IMG/VR virus record: IMGVR_UViG_3300042892_001621
Coordinates: 1 to 24,240 of that record
Source: a virus
Lineage: Duplodnaviria; Caudoviricetes
DNA length: 24,240 bases
Direction: 5' to 3' (one strand)
The notes beneath the pieces were generated by a model, which made no database searches, was not told the origin of the DNA, and saw nothing but the letters and a program-made list of their open reading frames with translations. Made by a program: the position numbers and the translations under genes. Positions 17,533 to 24,240 of the stretch are shown here, piece by piece; position 1 is the stretch's first letter; each line of letters begins with the position of its first letter.

Positions 17533-18613
17533 ACTGTGGATGTGTGCGCTCTAACTGCCGTATTGCAGTTTCAAATATTTTGAATTCTTGATCAAACAAT
17601 GGACCCAAGTTCATAAAACGAGCACGATTATGCAGTCCAATTTGCTCTAGTTCTGCCCGATGTTTGTACCAATCAAACTGACCTAGACTTTGGACCAGAT
17701 CAAATACTTTTCGCAGTCTTTGTTTATTGAAAGTCTTTAAATCATAACTTTCGTCCCACAGGCTGCTATAGGTTTTAAATCCCATGTCTCTGAGTCGTGA
17801 CAAGTGTCCATGTGCTGATGCCAACACAAATGGCATGCCTAACATCAATGGTCGAATAACTTTTTCTGTAGTATAGTGAGTGGCAAAATCAAAATCGCTT
17901 TCCAATACCAGATTAAAGTAGGCCTGATCTAACATGCGATTGGGCATACGTCCCACAATATGCAGATGTGGGTTTGGAATGTGTTGTGCAGAAGAGTCAA
18001 ACCATTGTGCAAGATCTGGACCTGTATGAGCAAAATCTATCACGTCAAGATGATTGGCAGGTTGCCCTAAATCTTGTTGATTCAATCTAAATATAAAATT
18101 TTGATAAGACAATTCGGGTAACCAAGCAGCAAACTGCTGACGATGCTGTCTTGGCACTGCATTAAAAGTCACAAACTGCATGGGCTTGGGATAGTCAAAG
18201 TGATACCTGCGATCTGTATAAAAAAATGCATTTTTGGTGCTACAGTGTAAATCTAGCATGTCTCCCAAGATAGACTCATAACAAATTAATGTATGATCAA
18301 GTGCAATGTTGATTAACCTATTAGGGTACGATCCGCTAAAAATAATGTAGTGTTTGTTTTTTGGCAAGTTATTTAATGCCCCTACCTCTATCTCTTTGAG
18401 ACCTTCTCTTAGATCAATGCCCACTACAGGTAAAGGATCATTGTCAATAAGGTCACTATCTTGTCGTGCGTAAATTTTAATAGCATTGTCATCCATTCCA
18501 GACACCATTGCTGCTGGCACATGTGTGCCAGACAGATTTTGAAACTGTACCCATGATTGATAACGTTGGAAAAAATTTCCAACATGAAAACCTAGACGAC
18601 AAAACTTTATCAT
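17507..18613 (-). CDS. Putative glycosyltransferase-like protein (GT10/GT-B-like C-terminal motif)
   Basis: AYFNLVLES...YTTEKVIRPLMLGMPFVL resembles the fucosyltransferase YxF.L.FEN...YxTEK motif. Confidence 0.55.
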   Translation of the reverse strand: MIKFCRLGFHVGNFFQRYQSWVQFQNLSGTHVPAAMVSGMDDNAIKIYARQDSDLIDNDPLPVVGIDLREGLKEIEVGALNNLPKNKHYIIFSGSYPNRLINIALDHTLICYESILGDMLDLHCSTKNAFFYTDRRYHFDYPKPMQFVTFNAVPRQHRQQFAAWLPELSYQNFIFRLNQQDLGQPANHLDVIDFAHTGPDLAQWFDSSAQHIPNPHLHIVGRMPNRMLDQAYFNLVLESDFDFATHYTTEKVIRPLMLGMPFVLASAHGHLSRLRDMGFKTYSSLWDESYDLKTFNKQRLRKVFDLVQSLGQFDWYKHRAELEQIGLHNRARFMNLGPLFDQEFKIFETAIRQLERTHPQFNQDAAQV

Positions 18614-19173
18614 TGATTTAGAAGATTCATATGTAATGCTACTAGGGCTGCGTAGGAAATTGCGTGGCTTTTCTTAAATGTATATCCGCGGCTGTCGTCT
18701 CCATTCCACACTTCGGCAAACACTTCTGTCCAAGATCGATTCTGCAAGTGTGCTTTGCCCGGTCGAATAACTGAAATAAACGCTGCCATTCTGGGTATTG
18801 AATCTGGCTGCATTGACAGCATTAGGTCTGTATAATTGCCCACATGCACCAACTGCTTGGTCCAGTCAGTGTCTGTCCATAGTCGCTGCCAAGGCGGTGT
18901 TGCTGCCAACATAGCCGTATAGTGTGCAGGGTCACGGATCAACTGATACACACTCATGTTCAGTAAGTCTATCTTGAAGTATCCACGCTGTTCCGCTGAC
19001 TCATAGTCTATGGCTGCACAGCCATTGGGTATGTCTTTAGGAATGTCTGTGACATAGATACCCGAATTGTGCTTACGCACTTGACCTTGATGCAGTTGCC
19101 GTGCGGCAGTGTGCTGGATCAATTTCAACACAGCCGTTCTGTCCGGCACATCAATGTCAATGTCTGCACTCAT
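18610..19173 (-). CDS. Minimal DNA polymerase III alpha (DnaE/family C)-like protein
   Basis: ADIDIDVPDR, RKHNSGIY, GYFKIDLLN, ISVIRPG, YTFKKSHAISYA in DnaE order within 187 aa. Confidence 0.85.
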   Translation of the reverse strand: MSADIDIDVPDRTAVLKLIQHTAARQLHQGQVRKHNSGIYVTDIPKDIPNGCAAIDYESAEQRGYFKIDLLNMSVYQLIRDPAHYTAMLAATPPWQRLWTDTDWTKQLVHVGNYTDLMLSMQPDSIPRMAAFISVIRPGKAHLQNRSWTEVFAEVWNGDDSRGYTFKKSHAISYAALVALHMNLLNQ

Positions 19174-19529
19174 TTTGAGTCAGTGTCACAAAGTGCAGTC
19201 ACAACTTGCAGTTTCTCTCGGGCCAGTTGAACTACTGCCAAGGCATCTGCTACTGCGGGATGCTTGTCTGCCATGGCAGCAATGCGCCATTCTTCATCAC
19301 GCTTGACTCGTGCCCAATCCAACAGGGTTTCGGCGTCTGATGAGAGTGAAATCATAGGATGTGCTGAGTGAATCTGCTGCCACGAATTGCCATCGTTTAC
19401 TTCCAAACAGTTCATGCTGGGGTTCCATCGCACCATGCCTGCACCGCTAGCACCTGGACTGATGTATGGATTGGTGTTCATGCCACCAGACACTTGAATG
19501 TATTTGCTGCCGCTAATATTTCTAATCAT
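19170..19529 (-). CDS. Hypothetical protein
   Basis: 119 aa, ATGA-coupled to the mini-DnaE; contains GMVRWN...LEVNDGNSW. Confidence 0.7.
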   Translation of the reverse strand: MIRNISGSKYIQVSGGMNTNPYISPGASGAGMVRWNPSMNCLEVNDGNSWQQIHSAHPMISLSSDAETLLDWARVKRDEEWRIAAMADKHPAVADALAVVQLAREKLQVVTALCDTDSK

Positions 19530-19530
19530 G

Positions 19531-20202
19531 CTACCATCCTGCCTTGTTCAATATATCCTTTGCATACTCCTGATCGGCAGGATAGTTGTGAAACTTCTTT
19601 TGCCACACATCTGAGTCAATGTAAGGCCATACCATGCTGATCTGATCAGGCGTGAGTTCACTCAAGAACTGTTGTCCGGACTCCGAATTGTAAATCACCC
19701 AAGGTGATATTCTACCAGTTGTGACTGCATAGCACATGGCTGGAGTGCTGCCATATCTCAAGCAGTCCTGTGGCTGTGCTGAATTCTTTTCTGCCCAGTC
19801 CATGCCAAACTCCACTGCTCGTGCCAGTGCATCATTCACATTCTCCACGGGCAAATGCTGTATGAGATATTCTGTGTACAGTTGATCACTTGCCCAACGA
19901 TCAATCTTTTTGTTGTTTTTCAACAGCCACTCAAGAAACTGCTTGGGATTGATGGTTCGTGTGCTCACACAATAGCGTCCAAACTTCACAAACCCGCGAT
20001 AGTAAGGTGAGTCAGCAAAGTCATCAAACGTTTTGAGTTTAGCCGACCCTTGGCTCATTTCATAAAAGCGTATGTAGGCTTGAAAACCCAGTTCCACTCC
20101 ACGCTCTGCTCGTTCTTGTCTGCGCCTTTTGGGCTCGCACACATGCACTGCCAAAGAAGTTTCTTTGATAAAGTCTTTCTTGCAGTATTGGCATTGTGTC
20201 AT
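19531..20202 (-). CDS. Protein with N-terminal C2H2/C2HC-type zinc finger
   Basis: CQYCKKDF...LAVHVC. Confidence 0.75.
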   Translation of the reverse strand: MTQCQYCKKDFIKETSLAVHVCEPKRRRQERAERGVELGFQAYIRFYEMSQGSAKLKTFDDFADSPYYRGFVKFGRYCVSTRTINPKQFLEWLLKNNKKIDRWASDQLYTEYLIQHLPVENVNDALARAVEFGMDWAEKNSAQPQDCLRYGSTPAMCYAVTTGRISPWVIYNSESGQQFLSELTPDQISMVWPYIDSDVWQKKFHNYPADQEYAKDILNKAGW

Positions 20203-20642
20203 TTGGAATCGTCGCCGGAGTCTTTTGAGTATTGTTTGATTTCTTTGTCTGATACAATCTGCATCATCACTTCTATCTCGTCGTCTTTGTAGTGTGGATA
20301 CATTGCTACCAATGCCTTACGTTTAGCACTAGCCCCTGGTTGTTTTTTCTTGGGTGCAATCCAAGGATGTCTAAGTGTGCCTAGATCTGGGCTGACTGAA
20401 GTGGCCATGAGCCATTGCAGTTTTGGATGTTTTGACACGTTAAAAAAATGCTTGTTCAGTCGTTCGTTGGTGGCAATTACATAGAACTCCTGCAATTCTC
20501 TTGAACCTTCAACTGCTGATCCCCAACGTATCATGAGATAGTTTGAAAACTTTTTGCGTTCTTCAGGAGTGAGATCGTCGTAAAATGATCTAACTTTACA
20601 GTCAAACATCTTCATCTCATTGGCAATGGTCAGTTTATCCAA
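20199..20642 (-). CDS. Putative clamp-loader small subunit (T4 gp62-like)
   Basis: KKFSNYLMIRWGS...NERLN...LQWLM...HPWIAPKKK pattern resembles gp62. Start uncertain; TTG at 20642 chosen to minimise overlap. Confidence 0.5.
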   Translation of the reverse strand: MDKLTIANEMKMFDCKVRSFYDDLTPEERKKFSNYLMIRWGSAVEGSRELQEFYVIATNERLNKHFFNVSKHPKLQWLMATSVSPDLGTLRHPWIAPKKKQPGASAKRKALVAMYPHYKDDEIEVMMQIVSDKEIKQYSKDSGDDSK

Positions 20643-21693
20643 TTTGTAATGTCTCTTTGTATACATCATGTTTGACGGGTAAACTGTCAAACCAGTTTTC
20701 GTTTCGGTAGTTGTCTTGAATCATTTGTCGAGCCAAGAAGCGATACCAGTTAGTTGCATTATAACGCTGATTGCGCAAAGCGTCAACTGCTCCTTGCATG
20801 TTGATATGTTTGGCAAATTTGGATTGCTCTAGCATTTTGATCAATGAAGGGCGAAATTGTTCTGGAATGCTTCCTAGTCCAATAACAGAATCCACATTGG
20901 CCAACACTGGTTCAAATTGATCTGGGGTCAACCAGACAAAGTATTCTAATAGCTCGGGTAACCACCAAATATTGATAGCACTGATTACAGTAGCAATTCT
21001 AATATTGCAGTTTGGTTGTGTAAGAACCCATTTTAAATTACGTTCTACCGTGTTCCATTCACTGCCACTGCGCACTATGCCAGCATACTTGCCCACAGCA
21101 TCTATGCTTGCATGAACATTAATGCGGCTGAATGAAGGCCACAAATCTTTAACATGTTTTGATTTGGCACCTAACACAGTCATGTTGGTGCTGTACATTA
21201 TAGCAGGGTCGGCGCCTTGCGCAATTAGTTTTTCAAGCACTTGATAATGTTGCGGATTCAACAATGGTTCGCCACCTGCAAAATAAATTTGTTTGCACTC
21301 ACTTAGGTCCATGTCTGCAACATCAATTGGATTGTACAAACTTATGTCATCTACTCCGGCTTCGCTCGACCAACTGGTACTGAATCCTGGCCCACAACTA
21401 CGGCATTTTAAATTGCAAAGATTGTTGTTGCGAAAATCTAAAAAATGTATCTTGTGTGTTTTGTAGTCTGTTTTATACTCGCTATACATTCCGCGCCACC
21501 CTAACTCACCCGGAGGACAAGGATTGGCGCATTCTTTTGGAACCTCACCGCGTAAGAATGCTCCACCAACTGTCTCGGTCATTTCTTCGCGACTGTTGAA
21601 TTTGGCACCGCCCCATGCACAGCAAGGAGTATATTTGCCGCCCGGCATGTAACTTACGCTAGTCCAAGGTGCTTTGCAATAAATTTTATTCAT
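20635..21693 (-). CDS. Radical SAM protein with N-terminal Cys-rich region
   Basis: YCKAPW...PCC...ECANPC; CNLKCRSC, GGEPLL, STNMT, SIDA. Confidence 0.88.
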   Translation of the reverse strand: MNKIYCKAPWTSVSYMPGGKYTPCCAWGGAKFNSREEMTETVGGAFLRGEVPKECANPCPPGELGWRGMYSEYKTDYKTHKIHFLDFRNNNLCNLKCRSCGPGFSTSWSSEAGVDDISLYNPIDVADMDLSECKQIYFAGGEPLLNPQHYQVLEKLIAQGADPAIMYSTNMTVLGAKSKHVKDLWPSFSRINVHASIDAVGKYAGIVRSGSEWNTVERNLKWVLTQPNCNIRIATVISAINIWWLPELLEYFVWLTPDQFEPVLANVDSVIGLGSIPEQFRPSLIKMLEQSKFAKHINMQGAVDALRNQRYNATNWYRFLARQMIQDNYRNENWFDSLPVKHDVYKETLQIG

Positions 21694-21986
21694 TGTGTTT
21701 TAGTCAGTTTATAGATCATTATAGCACGTTCTAGTGCATCTTGTAAAGTGGGATTGGTACGAGCTTCTCGCCGAATTTTGCCCCACAGATTATCTTCCAT
21801 CATGTGATCGTGCAATGGTCGGCCGTCGCTGGTTCGTTTATCGTATTTGATTTGGTGACCAGTTATGGGATCATATGCATGGCCTATTAACTTACGATCA
21901 GCAGGGTCAGCACCAAACTCTCGGGCATACACTTCATTACCGTTGCGTTCGTAGATGTATGTGGCACCTGGTTTAAGGGTTCCCAT
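21690..21986 (-). CDS. Hypothetical protein
   Basis: 98-aa ORF (YIYER...VYARE) overlapping both neighbours. Confidence 0.75.
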   Translation of the reverse strand: MGTLKPGATYIYERNGNEVYAREFGADPADRKLIGHAYDPITGHQIKYDKRTSDGRPLHDHMMEDNLWGKIRREARTNPTLQDALERAIMIYKLTKTQ

Positions 21987-22116
21987 ACTGGTAGCCGTAT
22001 TGCAAATGCGCCCATCGCAGGAATCGCTCTAGTCCTTCACGATCGTCCGGATAACTTTCCAGATATACTCTGGCCAAGCGATTGATAATTTCAAATATTT
22101 CTGGTTCGGTATACAT
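21973..22116 (-). CDS. Small hypothetical protein
   Basis: Likely start MYTEPE at 22116 with AGGA upstream; 47 aa. Confidence 0.6.
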   Translation of the reverse strand: MYTEPEIFEIINRLARVYLESYPDDREGLERFLRWAHLQYGYQYGNP

Positions 22117-22135
22117 TATAAAATCCTGCACTGTT

Positions 22136-22732
22136 TTAATTATTAACTGTGAAATGAAAAATTGGCGCACCTGGTCCTCGGGCATTATTAGGATATTGGG
22201 ACTGCGTAATTAGTCTATACCCTAAATTATAAAAAGTTGTAATCATTATTTCATTATCAATATTGATAACTATGTTACAAGTTTTCATGTCATTAGTTGT
22301 ATATCTCATACCAGGAACATTTGATGGTTCATTGCGCCATTCAAATGCAGGACTTAGATTATCAATTACAACGTCGTTGGGCCTACAGTGATTTACTAGT
22401 TCTTCTATAACTAGCAGTGGCGCCGGACTATGGTATATCACGCCTAACATTAACGCCACATCCACAGCACCAACTTTGTCAAAATCTTTATGCATGTCTC
22501 CGTGGATTACTTGTGCTTGAGGAAATTTCTCTCTTATTAAATCCAATGAAAAACTATTAGACTCCAATAGAGTTAATTTTTTTGGATTGTGTTGAACTAC
22601 CAGTTCAGTAATCCAGCCATCAAAGCAACCCACTTCTAACACATCTTTGTTGCCGCATATGACTGACAAAAAGTTATCATTTAGAAATTTACACTTGTTA
22701 AAATGTTGGTCTTCTGCCGAATGAATTATCAT
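22136..22732 (-). CDS. Class I SAM-dependent methyltransferase
   Basis: VLEVGCFDG motif I, LLES, HGDM, DVALMLGVIYH; start at 22732 by TAATG overlap. Confidence 0.82.
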   Translation of the reverse strand: MIIHSAEDQHFNKCKFLNDNFLSVICGNKDVLEVGCFDGWITELVVQHNPKKLTLLESNSFSLDLIREKFPQAQVIHGDMHKDFDKVGAVDVALMLGVIYHSPAPLLVIEELVNHCRPNDVVIDNLSPAFEWRNEPSNVPGMRYTTNDMKTCNIVINIDNEIMITTFYNLGYRLITQSQYPNNARGPGAPIFHFTVNN

Positions 22733-23232
22733 TACCAAGCCTTGTTGTAGTCCACAATCTCGCAATTGCGGCTTACGTCTTTGACAAAATACACACAGTC
22801 AGGGTCTGCACCGTCACTTACAGGCACAGCCAGCAGTTGACCATTCTTGAGTTTGGGTGCATACCATGACACTTCGTGATACACATCTAAGATTTCAATG
22901 TCAGGAAAGCTGGGACGGAAACTGGTCAGTGGATTGAATTGGAATACTTTAAATCCACGATCGTTGATTGATGTGAGTGGCAACACTTCTAAGTCACCTA
23001 CATCAGGTTCACCAATTAGTATCTGCCAATCCATAGGCATCTTTATAGTGTGCTCCCCTATACGTAGCACAAGAGCAGGAGCATTGAAGCTCTCCAAAAA
23101 GATTAAGGGTATAAAATGATAGTCTGGGTCTGCTGGATTTGAATTGTCTAATATAGCAAAACGCATGTCATCTATTTCTTCAGGCAGGTGATCTAAATCG
23201 TAAGTGGCATTGTCTAGTGTAAGTATTCTCAT
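22732..23232 (-). CDS. Hypothetical beta-rich protein
   Basis: 166-aa ORF with its own sigma70-type promoter. Confidence 0.78.
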   Translation of the reverse strand: MRILTLDNATYDLDHLPEEIDDMRFAILDNSNPADPDYHFIPLIFLESFNAPALVLRIGEHTIKMPMDWQILIGEPDVGDLEVLPLTSINDRGFKVFQFNPLTSFRPSFPDIEILDVYHEVSWYAPKLKNGQLLAVPVSDGADPDCVYFVKDVSRNCEIVDYNKAW

Positions 23233-23238
23233 AATTGT

Positions 23239-23267
23239 AGTGTATAGGGTTTTGTCATAAAAGTCAA
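23239..23267 (-). promoter_or_regulatory. Sigma70-type promoter, leaderless geometry
   Basis: TTGACT (23267-23262), 17-nt spacer, TACACT (23244-23239), 6 nt, ATG 23232; no SD. Confidence 0.7.
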
Positions 23268-23977
23268 GTCCAATCTAATGTAAGATCAAATAATATTTGA
23301 CAAAACTCTTCGTGTGCCCAAGCAGGATTGTGTGTTGCAGTATAACGAATTGGTGTTTCCCAATTTGATGGGCCGTACGGCATGGCATAAGGGGTTTGGG
23401 CTGTTAATGGCCATACGCGATCAACCCAGTTCCACTCATGTTGTGACATCCATCCAGGAATCAATACAAAAGGAATGTTGGATTTTTTTAGTTGTTCCAA
23501 GCCATTACAAATCATGTAGTAATCTTTCTGTGATTGTAAAGCAGGATTATGCAGGCAAGAAATATAATGTTTAAGTGCGGTAAGTGTTGACTCGCTTAGT
23601 AAATCAGTGTGCTGTTTTTCAATTAAATTGTTAAACGTGTCTGAAATTACTTTTACATCATTGGAGGTTACATGTTGTTCGGCAGCACATTTATAGTTGC
23701 GATAATCAATGTTATCTAATTGATATAATTGGTGCTGGACGCCTAATGAAATATCAAAGCGATCTGAACTGGTAAGTCCTACTACAATATAGTCAGCTTG
23801 TTCATTTATGGCACGATCTATTTGTAGACGAATACAAAAATTGGTAGCGCCCGGTCTAGCCAAACTAACATGAGTGAAGTTTCTACGTCGGGCGTACAGT
23901 TCACTGAAACTGATAATGCTGTCATCCGGAAAGTCAGTGGTCATAAAACTGTCACCCAAACTAAAAAACTTTTTCAT
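23264..23977 (-). CDS. SGNH/GDSL-hydrolase-like protein
   Basis: N-terminal FSLGDSF, SLARPGATN, DYIVVG, C-terminal THN...AH; ATGA overlap with the uvsW stop. Confidence 0.6.
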   Translation of the reverse strand: MKKFFSLGDSFMTTDFPDDSIISFSELYARRRNFTHVSLARPGATNFCIRLQIDRAINEQADYIVVGLTSSDRFDISLGVQHQLYQLDNIDYRNYKCAAEQHVTSNDVKVISDTFNNLIEKQHTDLLSESTLTALKHYISCLHNPALQSQKDYYMICNGLEQLKKSNIPFVLIPGWMSQHEWNWVDRVWPLTAQTPYAMPYGPSNWETPIRYTATHNPAWAHEEFCQILFDLTLDWT

Positions 23978-24240
23978 TTTATCTTCATCCATTCTAGTTT
24001 TTCTTGGGTAAAAGGATAGTTGGCTTCTTTGTAGAATTGTTTGCGTTTGGTCAAGTGGCGCTTGGCAAATTTACAGGTTGAAGTTATGTCCCAGATTTGA
24101 ACATGGTCTTTGTCTTCGGCTTTTCTTATGCCGCGTCCAATGCTTTGGATAACGCGGACAAAACTTTTCCCGGGTTCCACAAGAACCAAATTAAAAATCC
24201 TAGGGATATTAATACCCACAGCGGCAACACCATAGGTAGC
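23974..24240 (-). CDS. uvsW: UvsW-like SF2 DNA helicase, C-terminal part (5' end beyond window)
   Basis: ATYGVAAVGINIP (motif V), QSIGRGIRK (motif VI), IWDI...HLTKRKQFY. Confidence 0.88.
   Translation of the reverse strand, partial: ATYGVAAVGINIPRIFNLVLVEPGKSFVRVIQSIGRGIRKAEDKDHVQIWDITSTCKFAKRHLTKRKQFYKEANYPFTQEKLEWMKIK

Noticed and set aside
1-24240. Stop-codon recoding, tRNA/rRNA genes, transposases or homing endonucleases
   Set aside because: Genes tile tightly in the standard code using TAA, TAG and TGA stops; intergenic gaps are too short for tRNAs and no such motifs were recognised.

Overview
This window is 24 kb of a large T4-like/jumbo-type tailed phage genome with standard-code ORFs, almost all on the minus strand. 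The host is probably a proteobacterium, inferred from IscU/IscA and sigma70-type promoters. Left to right it holds: partial nrdA with an ATP cone (missing from the ORF track because it runs off the left edge), a beta-helix tail protein, a PD-(D/E)XK exonuclease, iscA and iscU, and a late/virion cluster that includes a 650-aa nucleotidyltransferase + ligase-like fusion. These are followed by two convergent radical SAM genes, a gp41-like helicase, a primase, a structural gene, a 187-aa minimal DnaE-like polymerase, a Zn-finger protein, a gp62-like protein, a third radical SAM gene, a methyltransferase, an SGNH-like gene and partial uvsW. Main signals: (1) a miniature family-C polymerase that keeps the catalytic motifs; (2) a likely capsid-packaged, protease-cleaved NTase/ligase-like polyprotein among genes sharing an M-[KRQ]-[LI]-x-E N-terminus; (3) accessory enzyme genes slotted into core-gene stop/start junctions, some with duplicated junction sequence; (4) phage Fe-S assembly genes together with three radical SAM paralogs; (5) a two-tier promoter system of TAAATA late boxes and sigma70 promoters with leaderless geometry. 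Family calls come from motif recognition by eye; no searches were run.
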